Assembly (NCBI RefSeq): GCF_001194135.2
Contig: NC_068981.1
Span: 96,977,250-97,041,249 of the forward strand
Direction: 5' to 3'
DNA from: Octopus bimaculoides
Taxonomy: Eukaryota
Length of the DNA: 64,000 bases
Shown here: piece after piece, positions 13,470-24,230 of the stretch
How the letters are laid out: the number at the start of each line of letters is the position of its first letter
Position numbering within the stretch: the stretch's first letter is position 1
The notes under the pieces: generated by a model
What the model was told of the DNA's origin: nothing
Database searches by the model: none
The model's input: the letters and a program-made list of their open reading frames with translations, nothing else
Translations under genes and position numbers: made by a program

Positions 13470-13920
13470 ACAAATATCTGTCACACGGAGTTGAGCCTGA
13501 TACTCAATAGGAGCTTGGACCGAGCAAACATCCCTCCATCTTGGAACCATCTGGATTGTCCAGATATAATGGGAAGAGACCTGAGACCCTCACCTTGTGC
13601 CCCTGGTTGCAAGGCAGATGCCTTGTCTGGGATGTCACAGTTAGTGACTCCTTTGCTTCTTCTCACATCCTGGATACTGTGGTCAAGGCAAGATCCACAG
13701 CGTCTGCGGCTGAGTGGAATAAAATCCTGAAATACCGCGATCTGTTGGTCAACTACATTTTCCATCCTGTGGCGTTCAAGACGTTTGGTGGGGTTAGACC
13801 ACTTACTGCAAGATTCTTGTCTTCACTGGCAACTCGCCTTGCAGAGGTAACTGGTGAGCCTCACCATCACACGTGACAATGCTGCAAGTGTGCTGGTGTG
13901 TCTCAATAGCCATGAGAAAG
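13470..13920 (+). mobile_element. CRE-clade non-LTR retrotransposon, 3' fragment (restriction-like endonuclease domain)
   Basis: EPSGLSRYNGKRPETLTLCPWLQGRCLVWDVTVSDSF...YIFHPVAFKTFG...FLSSLATRLAEVTGE, then a remnant of RGNAASVL. This matches the GKRPDG..WD..D RLE signature. Confidence 0.75.
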
Positions 13921-15222
13921 GTTTCCCAGTGACCCAAACTTTTTAACCCAAGGTGGTAAATTGTTTTTTTTTTCCCCTTTTTTCTCTTCTTTCTCTTTTT
14001 TTTTTAATTTTTTAAAATTGTGTTCTCTGTTTTGTCCAGTTTTTTAGTTTGATTTTGTAAAACAGTAAACACTGTGAAGGCAATAAAAATTTTAATCATA
14101 TTATATTTACTATCAAATTAATAAATAAATTATAAATAAAGTCATTTTTAGCATACAATTAATTAACTCCATGTTTGAAAATTTTAAAATAGTGAAAATT
14201 GACTGTTAAAATATTTGAATTTTTATCATTTGCCTTTTCTAAACAGCCCTACTACTGCTCATAGAGACAAAATAAAAAAAATAAAAATATTTTATCAAAT
14301 AATCTTGTTTAATTCAATAATGGACTTTAATAAATTAAGCAANNNNNNNNNNAATCTTGTTTAATTCAATAATGGACTTTAATAAATTAAGCAAAAAAAT
14401 TTCATTTTTAATAAAAAAATAATTTAGACTAATGAAAATAAATATTAGAAACTCTTTGTATCGATTTGTGTTGTCTTTTATCTTGTGTTTGCGCCTAAGA
14501 AATAGGTTAGTTTGTATATATGAGTAGTGTCCCTTTAATATCACGCAAAAATTGATAAAAATTTGAGAATTAAAATTAAATACCTTTTTTCTAACGGATA
14601 AACTTTTACGAAACCTTTACCAATATATTCCTTTAAGATTTCTCTTTTATATTAATATCAATATAATAATTCTTATTCAAAATTAAAAGTATGGCGTGGA
14701 TTCAAAGTGTCGATGTCGGGCGTTACTACCCGTCAGTCAACCAGTTTGGACTATACGTTTTTTCTCTTAACTTTTGTTCTACAGCACCAGATTTTAAGTA
14801 TTTTATGTCTAAATGTAGCTTATCACTAGTCAATCATAATTCAAAAAACTATATTTGATTTCGATTAAAACTGAATTAGTGAGACAGCTTGGAAGACGCC
14901 GACTACAATAAAAAAACTACGTCAAGAATATTATTCAACTACTACCGTAGTTAAATGATATTTGCACAAATATGTTATGCACATAAGTGAGCACACAGGT
15001 ACAAAACAAAGTGGAGAAAATAGTACTTGAATACCAAAGGTAGAGAAAACACTGTTTTATTGCAGCTGAAAAAAACTTCACATTGGGTAATAGTCCTACC
15101 CGGACAAAATTTGTACTCAGAACATAAACTGACATGACTGAATACGACAAGGCAGCTTATCCATGCTTTACCTCTCTATTACCAACTTCGTAATAACAAC
15201 TTTGTGTGTAAGTGTTAGGAAT

Positions 15223-15228
15223 TTTATT
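15223..15228 (-). promoter_or_regulatory. Candidate polyadenylation signal (AATAAA) for CUSTOS
   Basis: tttatt on + strand about 116 nt downstream of the stop; a second candidate lies at 15056-15061. Confidence 0.4.
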
Positions 15229-15343
15229 CCTCTTTGACATTGTATATAGATGTATAAAAATATCACATTAGAAATTATTGAAGATTGTTCCAGTACATAA
15301 ACATCTTACTCCATTTTGGGTTTCAGCATTGCAATATTTTTTG

Positions 15344-15539
15344 TCAGTCTTTTTCCTTTTTCACTTTTTTTTTCTTTTTCTTTTGTTTTGCTTTGGAATC
15401 ATTGGAAGTATTGTCCTCCGCTTTTGGTAGTGATTCTCCAGTTTTTTGTATTGATGCATCAAATGCTGACAGAAGTTGATCCTTCAGCTTGATAGCATTA
15501 TATGATGTGGCAGCTTCTGCAAATTTGGCATCTTCATCA
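15344..15539 (-). CDS. CUSTOS: CUSTOS-like terminal coding exon E (196 bp incl. TGA): (S)DEDAKFAEAAT...KAKQKKKKKKVKKEKD*
   Basis: tttgatttctAG|TGATGAAGATGCC. SDED..F.EAA motif and Lys-rich C-terminus are typical of CUSTOS; stop TGA at 15344-15346. Confidence 0.85.
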
Positions 15540-15726
15540 CTAGAAATCAAATAATAAAATATATACATAACAGGAAAATGTGTGTGTGTGTGTAGTAATT
15601 TTATCCAACCATGGGGTCTTCAGTTCTCATTGCACATCACTTTGGACGAGCGTCTTCTACTAGAGCCCCAGACCAACGAAAGCTTTGTGAGTGAATTTGA
15701 TAAGTGGAAACTGAAAGAAGCCTGTT

Positions 15727-15782
<56 letters not shown>

Positions 15783-16182
15783 ATGTATGTTGTGTGTACT
15801 CTTGTCTTGACATCAATTGACAGTTGCAAATGAGCATATTGCTCCTTTCCTGTCTTCCATGAAAATCATATTTGACCAAAGGAAATGTTACCATGCTTGG
15901 AAACAGGTGAGGATTGATGACAGGAAACATTTGACTATAGAAACTCTGCCTCATCAAATTCTGTCTGACCCATTCAAGCATCAAAAGGTGGATATTAAAT
16001 TATGTAAATTTTAAAATGAGATAATTATTTTAAACTACTACATTCTACTGACTCAAAATTGTGCGATTTTAAACTAGATTGTGTAAAGTGTTTTGTGTAG
16101 TTCTCTACTTACTCTGCCATCCTTGATGACTTTATTAAAAATACTATAATATTATATCTGAAGAAGATGTAGAACAATGATA

Positions 16183-16347
16183 CAGGAGTGGCTGTGTGGT
16201 AAGTAGCTTGCTTACCAACCACATGGTTCTGGGTTCAGTCCCACTGCGTGGCACCTTGGGCAAGTGTCTTCTACTATAGCCTTGGGCCGACCAAAGCCTT
16301 GTGAGTGGATTTGGTAGACGGAAACTGAAAGAGGCCTGTCGTATATA

Positions 16348-16384
<37 letters not shown>

Positions 16385-16594
16385 TTGTGTTTGTCCCCCC
16401 AACATCGCTTGACAACCGATTGTGGTTTGTTTATGTCCCCGTAACTTAGCAGTTCGGCAAAAGAGACCGATAGAATAAGTACTAGGCATCCAAAGAATAA
16501 GTCCTGGGGTCGATTTGCTCGACTAAAGGCTGTGCTCCAGCATGGCCACAGTCAAATGACTGAAACAAGTAAAAGAGTAAAAGAGTAAAGAGTA
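16183..16594 (+). mobile_element. tRNA-derived SINE family A, full-length (tRNA head, CORE-like block, (GT)n spacer, (GTAAAAGA)n tail)
   Basis: A/B-box-like head gtggctgtgtggtaag...ggttcagtcccac, then gcaccttgggcaagtgtcttctactatagcc and tail gactgaaacaagtaaaagagtaaaagag. Lies in the CUSTOS D-E intron. Confidence 0.85.
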
Positions 16595-16597
16595 TAC

Positions 16598-16715
16598 CTG
16601 CTGTCACTATTACTGCTGCTACTTCTGTAATGGGTCTTTTTGAGTGGACGTTTTTTCACGGAAATTGCTTCATTCAGTTTGATATAGTCTTTTGATGTGG
16701 ATAACAGTTTAATCC
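16598..16715 (-). CDS. CUSTOS: CUSTOS-like exon D (118 bp): (G)IKLLSTSKDYIKLNEAISVKKRPLKKTHYRSSSSNSDS(S)
   Basis: ttttcattttcttAG|GGATTAAAC...GACAGCAG|GTatac. GIKLLSTS aligns to CUSTOS GFRLFFTS, followed by the basic/Ser-rich segment. Confidence 0.85.
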
Positions 16716-16945
16716 CTAAGAAAATGAAAAAAAATTATGACAAGTGAAATTAGAATATATTTACATTTATTGATATGGATTCATAAAAATACTTTTTTAA
16801 TGTAATCAATGTCTTTTCTAGTGTATCTACACAAGAGACGAGCAAGAGAGTTTAGTATGAAAGTTGCAATCAAGGTATTTAAGAATATAAGTTGAGTAAA
16901 AATTAAATGGTTATCAGGGCAAGTAGTATGCTGAGCATAAACACA

Positions 16946-17280
16946 TTGTTGTTGTTGTTGTTGTTGGCACTCCATCACTTACAACGTCGAGGGTTCTAGT
17001 CGATCCGATCAACAGAACAGCCTGCTCGTGAAATTAACGTGCAAATGGCTGAGCACTCCACAGACACGTGTACCCTTAACGTAGTTCTCGGGGATATTCA
17101 GCATGACACAGTGTGACAAGGCTGACCCTTTGAATTACAGGCACAACAGAGACAGGAAGTAAGATTGAGAGAAAGTTTTGGTGAAAGAGTACAGCAGAGT
17201 TCGCCACCATCCCCTGTCGGAGCCTCATGGAGCTTTAGGTGTTTTCGCTCAATAAACACTCACAACGCCCGGTCTGGGAA
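16946..17280 (-). mobile_element. SINE family C (tRNA-like head, (CAA)n tail); head lost in gap
   Basis: ttgttgttggcactccatcacttacaacgtcgagggttc...cgctcaataaacactcacaacgcccggtctgggaa; homologous to 46567-46942 and 58757-59115. Confidence 0.85.
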
Positions 17281-17315
17281 NNNNNNNNNNNNNNNNNNNN
17301 NNNNNNNNNNNNNNN

Positions 17316-17635
17316 TCATCATCATCGTTTAACATCTGCCTTCCATGCTAGCATGGGTTGGACGATTTGACTGAGGACTGGTGAAACCGGATGGCAACAC
17401 CAGGCTCCAATCTAATTTGGCAGAGTTTCTACAGCTGGATGCCCTTCCTAACGCCAACCACTCAGAGAGTGTAGTGGGTGCTTTTACGTGTCACCCGCAC
17501 GAAAACGGCCACACTCGAAATGGTGTCTTTTATGTGCCACCCGCACAAGAGCCAGTCCAGGGGCACCGGCAACGATCTCGCTCGAAAAACCTCATGTGTC
17601 ACTCGCACAAGAACCAGTCCATGGGCACTGGCAAC
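17316..17635 (-). mobile_element. RTE 3'-tail copy
   Basis: tcatcatcatcgtttaacatctgccttccatgctagcatgggttggacg...; similar minus-strand copies at 35757-36115, 36269-36497, 41380-41895 and 44822-44985. Confidence 0.85.
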
Positions 17636-18271
17636 AATCGCCTCCACAATAAACAATTACCCAGTATAATACCACCGACTGTAATCCTTGACTTGCTTAA
17701 GCAGAAACTGTGCACATTCAAACCAGAGTCACAAGTTCTCATCTAGTCCACAATTTGTCTGCAGATGTTCAAGCTGAGCACCATCCATATGAATCTCATT
17801 ATGTGGGAGGTAAATCTTAAGAACACTACCCCCATCCTCATCTCTGACTAAGTTATTAAAAAAAGAAACCTAACTGGGGAATCCATAAGTATAAGTTCAC
17901 CATTAAGTCCTCTTACAAATCAAACTTTTGATGAAGGTACTTTAATCATTACTGTTTATGAATGCAGCAAGTGAATTGGTATCTAGTAGCACTGAAGATC
18001 TTGATGTTGAATAAAACCAGCTGGAGGACAAAGATAAGTTGCATATGGCCAAGCATCAAATCACTGAACTTTGCTAAAGACAACCAGCTGGTTTAAGAGA
18101 AGCCAAAAATGGTGAGGAAAATTGTTACAGCATTTAAAGGACTCATTGATCAATGAGGTTTTTGGAAGTGAGTCAATAAGTAACAAAGATCTTTTCACCA
18201 AATTCCATTTCATTCTTAGTGGTCTTATGAAATGGTGCATGGTAGCAAGATGTGGCTTTGAATGTAGATAA

Positions 18272-18755
18272 CACTGTGTAACAAAAATTTTTCGTTTATT
18301 TGGTTAGTAAGTGTTATTTCCTATTTGCTTCTATCTAGAAATCAAAGGAAATCACTACTGTTCCCTTCAAACTTTGCTTTTGTGACATGGACATCAGTGT
18401 TTTGAAACTGACACATTTTCCATTACATGTCAGACAGATTCAGTGTTTAGCTGCGGAAGTAGAAATATCATTATAACAAATATTCTGCTCAGTACCATAG
18501 ATTTACTTAACAGTTGCTTGACCTTAACCACTTGAGCATGTCCCTTAGTGGCTGACAATATGTACATCTCTGATCATGAGCAGGAGTAGTGGGGGAGCAT
18601 CATAGCCATGTGTTGAGAAGGATTCTTTGGGGTTTTAATAAATATAACAAAAGCAAAGTTTGAAGGAAATATTAGCCATTTTTCATACCTTCTAGGGGTA
18701 AGCAAATAGGAAATAACAGTTGTTACCCAGGGGCAAATATCATGTTGCACAGTGT
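18272..18755. mobile_element. MITE with long imperfect TIRs (copy 1)
   Basis: Ends acactgtgtaaca / tgttgcacagtgt; inner IR blocks tgttatttcctatttgc / gcaaataggaaataaca and ccttcaaactttgcttttgt / acaaaagcaaagtttgaagg. Second copy at 37860-38357. Confidence 0.75.
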
Positions 18756-19444
18756 AATTTAGAAAGAAAGGAAGAAAGTGTGCTTTGTTGGAGTGCATGA
18801 ATGATGGAATACAATTTGATCTAAGAAGAAAGACTGTGCATAAGAGGAATTGGATGTAGTCTACAAGAGAAGAGACTGTGCTTATCGGGCATATGGAACT
18901 TGACAGCTGTATAAAGAGGTGCTGAGTGTGCCAAGTGGATAAAAGCTATGGAAGAGAGAATGGGCATTAGAACTTTACCAAAGATTTCAAAATATTTAGT
19001 CATGTTGATGTTAAGACCAGTTTTAATGAAAGGATGTGGCATCACATGATCATTGCCTGAAAATAATTCAAATACCATCACCAAAGCTAGATTCTTGCTC
19101 TGCATGACAGCAAGGCTTTGAAGCAATAAACCTGCAATCGTAGCAATTGGTGACTTTGTCAACTACTAATTTCTTCTCGTTTACAAAAATTCTTACTCTC
19201 CCTCACATGTACTCCAGTCAGTTGAGAAACTCTGGGTCTCTCTCAACTCCAATAACTTAGAGCAGGCTGTGAGAATGCATCATTTCCTGTGAATATATGA
19301 CTTCATAGCAAAGTCATTTTCACAGCCCTTGCTGTCTTCCTCTTGATTACATTTTGGTTTTTAGCCAGATCAGTCATGTTGATGAAGGAATTTGCTGTGA
19401 AAGGTGATTTTATACTTGTCAGGAAGATGTGAGTATGCTTGTAG

Positions 19445-19705
19445 CCTTTGAGAATAAATGCTCCCTTTTAAAGCCTAGCCAGGCTCATGGGCCCGGTTTC
19501 CCGGTTTCAATGGTGTATGTGTTCCCCAGCTGGACAGGATGCCAGTCCATCGCAGCATTACTCATTTTTGCCAGCTGAGCAGACTGGAGCAATGTGAAAT
19601 GAAGTGTTTTTGCTCAAGAACACAACGCGTCGCCCGGTCCAGGAATCGAAACCACAATCTCACGATCATGATACTGACACCCTAACCACCAAGCCACGTA
19701 CCTCC
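19445..19705 (-). mobile_element. SINE with a family-C-like head but a different body; second copy at about 34740-34960
   Basis: Head ggaatcgaaaccac...cctaaccaccaagccacgtacctccac; body ccagctgagcagactggagcaatgtgaaatgaagtgtttttgctcaagaacacaac. Confidence 0.7.
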
Positions 19706-20275
19706 ACAGCCTTTGAGAATAGCAAACACTTATTTTTGTATATCCTGTTTTGGCATTGAAATCACAAAGGCTATGTTGTGACTGTGTTTCTCATCCATCA
19801 TTTGCTACAGTCCTGTATTTCCTATTTTCATCCACTTCTGTATCACTTCCTTCTACATTATACAAATTTTTTAACTAACTCAAGTCTGCATGTTCTTAAG
19901 ATTGAAGGAAACTTTCAGTTGTCACATCTTCAGCATCTAGCTACAACAGGCTACACTGAATGTGGCTCACTTCAGCATTTTGTCCCAGTAATTCCATAAC
20001 AGTTATTACAATCTATCACAATTTGTAACAAAATGAAGTTAAGAAATCTTAAAACCATTACAGTTCATTTACTAAGTGGCTGTTTGAAACCCAAGTGTTT
20101 CAGAGACTAATTATGTTACACACACATGTAGCAAATGTATTAGAGATAAATAAGCATATATTTATGAGTATTATGTCTATATGTAACAGAGAAGAAACAA
20201 ATGAACCTATATCAGTAATAAATGGATAAAATCAAGCAAAATATCAGAAGAAAATTATTGAAAGTTGACATTTAC

Positions 20276-20337
20276 CTGAGTCACTGAGGGTATGAAGGTC
20301 ATCAGGTGCGGAGTAGCATTCAGAAAATTCTAGTTCC
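20276..20337 (-). CDS. CUSTOS: CUSTOS-like exon C (62 bp): (Q)ELEFSECYSAPDDLHTLSDS(G)
   Basis: ttctctcatcAG|GGAACTAG...GACTCAG|GTaaat. Phase 2 in, phase 1 out; links exons B and D without stops. Confidence 0.8.
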
Positions 20338-20932
20338 CTGATGAGAGAATGTGTACAAATGTTAAAAATTATCAAACTGAAAAAAATCATAATTGACAGT
20401 CTTAGCATACATACTTTTTTTAATGGTTCAGAGGAGGTAGGACAGTGGTGTACATGACCATTTTCAGAGCCTCTGATACTGGTAGAAGGAAACGGGAAGT
20501 TATCATCAGACCAGAATCTTGGCTGAAATGCTTGCAATAGAATGTATTCTGCTGAAGACATTCTTAGGCCAAGGTATTGTGTTAAACTGGACAATAGATT
20601 AAGTCTATAAACTTAATATCAATGGGTCATGTGAAGCCTGTGCTAATTCTTCTGCATAATTTCCTGCTTGGAACAAATATCTCTACATATTTCCTTACAC
20701 ATAAAAGTAAAGGGATAATGCAAGTATTTATCCATGACTATTACTATAAGTAAAGCTGGAAGATTTGGCCATTGGTCTAAACAAAGTCTTCACAACAGAT
20801 CCTACAACTATAGGTAAGTTGTCTTACCTTGTTTACTCTAAAGGGTAAATTCTGTACTAATCACAAGCTCTAACAACAAAGTTACACCTTTTTTATCTCT
20901 CTCTCTCACTTATGCACAATTATAAATATATA

Positions 20933-21505
20933 TCACCATCATCATCCTCGTTTAACGTCTGCTTTCCATGCTGGCATGGGTTGGACGGTTTGACTGGGGA
21001 CTGGTGAGCCAGATGGCTGCACCAGGCTCTAATCTGATCTGGCAGAGTTTCTACAGCTGGATGCCCTTCCTAATGTCAACCACTCCAAGAGTGTAGTGGG
21101 TGCTTTTACGTGCAGTCAGGTGGTACTGGCAACAGCCATGCTCAAATGGTGTTTTTATGTGCCACCTGCACAGGAGCCAGTCCAGCGGCACTGGCAACAC
21201 TCTCGTTTGAATGTTGTTTTTCACGTACCACCAGCATAAGTGCCAGTAAGGCAGTGCTTTTTACATGCCACCGGCATAGGGGCCAGTCAGTGGCCCTAGC
21301 AACGATCACGCTCAGATGGTGTTCTTAGCGCTCGACTAGCACGGATGCCAGTCATGTGGTGCTGTCATCAAATGTGATTTCGATTTCACTTGCCTGAACA
21401 GGTCTTCACAAGCAGAGTTTAGTGTCCAATGAAAGAAAGGTATGCCTAAGTGGGCTGGTTACACCACTGGCATAGGCCACAGGTTATGGTCTCACTTGAC
21501 GTTCC
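20933..21505 (-). mobile_element. 5'-truncated RTE copy (3' UTR plus (GAT)n tail)
   Basis: Its 21385-21500 end is the reverse complement of the RTE 3' region at about 11790-11910, linking the many catcatcgtttaacgtc... repeats to this LINE family. Confidence 0.8.
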
Positions 21506-22184
21506 TGTCACTTCTCAGTCAATCTATAAAAGCTGCAGTGAACACAATACATTTAGAATGTTTGACACCTTAAGATAAGAGGTCTAAGACAATCTCTCTA
21601 GATCTGATGTTACATGACAGACTTATGAAGTATGAAAGGCATTTAGCAATAAATCTAGAACCAAACAACTGAAAGAAATGAAATTCATTGATATAACCAA
21701 CTGTGTGATCTCAAGTGTTGTGTTGGTGTTGTATATGGTAATGTTGTTTCAGTGAGATACATGACTACCTCCCAGAAGGAATATTTGATGGCAGACTCTA
21801 AATATCCTAAACTAATTTATTATGGGCAATCATAACTGATCCAAACCCAACCTTAGTTGACATACAAGGAGAAATCAACGTTTAAGTTCTAGATTATGAA
21901 GCACAAGGACTGTAAGGTTAAGAGCTAATTCTGCTTGCTCCCATTTTCCAGGCTAATTTGAATCAAATTCCACTCCTATTTTGCATTGGTTTTCAGCAGG
22001 AATTTTACCAGCAAAAAATACAAAAAAAAAAACATTTCCATACATGCAAATGAAAATAAGTGGATATAAAACAGTAAAAAAAAACAAAAAAACATCACTT
22101 GGTTCTGTAAATTACAAAAAACAAAATGTATTTGCAATAATTCTATTAAATATTCCTCAAAAAAAGATAATTTTAATAACTCAC

Positions 22185-22280
22185 TGATCTAAGATCTGTG
22201 AAAGTTTTTTGGCAACATGTTTTTGGAAACTTGGAGTGGTCTGTAACTGGTTATAATCTGTGTGGTCACTCTGATTCCCT
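22185..22280 (-). CDS. CUSTOS: CUSTOS-like exon B (96 bp): (R)GNQSDHTDYNQLQTTPSFQKHVAKKLSQILD(Q)
   Basis: ttctttcAG-type acceptor (ctttcttttcAG|AGGGAAT) and GATCA|GTgagt donor. LQTTPSFQKHVAKKLSQILD closely resembles the CUSTOS core (human [22 protein letters not shown], from memory). Confidence 0.9.
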
Positions 22281-22339
22281 CTGAAAAGAAAGTAAAACAG
22301 ACAATATATTGATAATGATGAGGAAATGGAATGTTTATT

Positions 22340-22935
22340 ATTATTATTACTATTGAGTGACAGAGCAGCACATGCCATCAAAGTGGCACTGGGATACAAA
22401 TATATGAAGCCCAATATGCCCACCAAGACTACCTGTCTGATAAGGGTACAACAGACACATGCACCACAACCTTATGTGCATGACATGGTGATCTCACATC
22501 AAGCTAAACAGTACATGACCTGGCAGGTGAGGTCCAGTAAGAATTTTTTAAGGTTGAGTAGCTCATCCCACTCAAAAGGTCCCGGAATAAGGTTTCTTTA
22601 AGGATGATGAACGAAACACCCATGTTTCCAAAGGTGAATTATTCAAACTCCAAAGAATTCCCCTCAACACATGGCTATGATGCTCCCCCACTACTTCTGC
22701 TTATGATCAGAGATACACATATCATCAGCCACTAAGGGACATGCTCAGCTGGTTAAGGTCAAACAACTGACATGCAAATCTGTTGTATTGAGCAGAATAT
22801 TTGCTGTAGCCCATCATTTATACCAAGATAAAATATGTACATAATAACACTTCCAATAAGTTAAGATCAGAAGCCATGAGAGCCACTGCCTGGTACTGCA
22901 TCATGGTATTATTATTATTATTATTGTTATTATTA
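22340..22935 (-). mobile_element. Retroposon-like repeat with (TAA)n-type tail
   Basis: Bounded by (tta)n tracts; carries in reverse the same module of about 175 bp found inside the 18272 and 37860 MITEs. Family not identified. Confidence 0.5.
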
Positions 22936-23077
22936 TTATTATGACAGTAACAATTTACACTCACTATTATCATTATCATTATTCTTTTTATTATCATTGT
23001 CATCATTTTTCTTATTTTTTTCTTCTCTCATCTTCTAGATCCACTAGTCTTTGTATATATATATATATATATCTATA

Positions 23078-23117
<40 letters not shown>

Positions 23118-23489
23118 NNNNNNNNNNNGGATAATCTGTCTCTACAGCTTAAGCTGACTTTCTCTCCTAGGTGATATTTAAATTTAATGTTGTAAGCAAT
23201 ATTGTTCAGTCTGGCCAGCTACACAACTGTTCTGACATATTCTTTACACCAAATTTTAATTAAGGTATTTAAGACACATAAAATGCTGACACAGAATAAC
23301 ATGTATTTGAATGTAATGTCATGCTCCATGAATAGAAAAGATAACAGAATAATCACTTAATTACTGTTCACTCTGTTTATTTTTGGAGGTTGCAATCTCC
23401 TGCTCCTGGAAGTTGTTGAACAGCAGTTTAAAAGGACCATTGCTAGTACCTGCAGGATGGTGGCCTTGGAATTGCTGAATCACAATTGA

Positions 23490-23915
23490 CATTATCATCA
23501 TCATCAACATTTTATGTCTGTTTTCCATGCTGGTATGAGTTGGACAGCTTGACAGGAACTAGCAAGGCTAGGAGCTGCACCAGGTTCTTTAGTCCATTTT
23601 GGCTTTGTTTCCTTAGCTTGATGTTCTTCCTAATGCCAACCACTTTACAAAGTGTATTGGGTGTTTTTTATGGGACACTGTCACCGGTGCTTTTTATGTG
23701 GCACTAGCACCCACACCAATGCTTTTTACACGACGTAAAAGCACCCACTACACTCTCTGAGTGGTTGGCGTTAGGAAGGGCATCCAGCTGTAGAAACTCT
23801 GCCAAATTAGATTGGAGCCTGGTGTAGCCATCCGGTTGCACCAGTCCTCAGTCAAATCGTCCAACCCATGCTAGCATGGAAAGCGGACGTTAAACGATGA
23901 TGATAATGATGATGA
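23490..23915. repeat. Two RTE 3'-tail copies in inverted arrangement (23490-23725 minus; 23733-23915 plus)
   Basis: Left copy starts tcatcatcatcaacattttatgtctgttttccatgc; right copy ends gcatggaaagcggacgttaaacgatgatga. Confidence 0.8.
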
Positions 23916-24175
23916 CTTCAGTTTTAGGATCTCAACTCTGTTCTGGTGAAATTTCTACAATGAAGGGTGTCTTTTCAAATGAAAATCTCTTCATGATATT
24001 ACATTCTTCTGTCAAAGAGCATCATCAGGACTCTAAGTAAATCTAACCCAAAACAGAAATTCAAGTTTCACAGCAAAACTTTTTAAATATTTGGCTATGT
24101 CTGCACCCACTCAATAACATAGGTACACACATAAGACAAGATTCATTATGTGAATAACAAAATATATTTTCATAC

Positions 24176-24230
24176 CTTAAAGATGGCTGTTTTGCTTGTC
24201 CATTATTATTCTGGTTGTGGGCTGAAAATT
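24176..24230 (-). CDS. CUSTOS: CUSTOS-like exon A (55 bp; most 5' exon found): (E)FSAHNQNNNGQAKQPSL(R)
   Basis: Minus strand tattttgtAG|AATTTTCAG...TCTTTAAG|GTatga. Phase 1 in, phase 2 out, joins exon B in frame. QPSLR matches the motif preceding the conserved CUSTOS core as I recall it. Confidence 0.75.

Noticed and set aside
14301-14394. 42-bp direct repeat (14301-14342 and 14353-14394)
   Set aside because: Identical copies sit on either side of a 10-N gap, which indicates overlapping contig ends (assembly artefact).
16183-16270. tRNA gene calls (also near 46860-46942 and other SINE heads)
   Set aside because: The A/B-box-like segments continue into SINE bodies and tails present in many diverged copies; no complete cloverleaf.
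20244-20594. 116-aa minus-strand ORF as a standalone gene
   Set aside because: Only 20276-20337 fits the CUSTOS splice chain; the rest is intronic read-through. An extra exon ending at the gtatgt site near 20415 does not fit the phases I could test.
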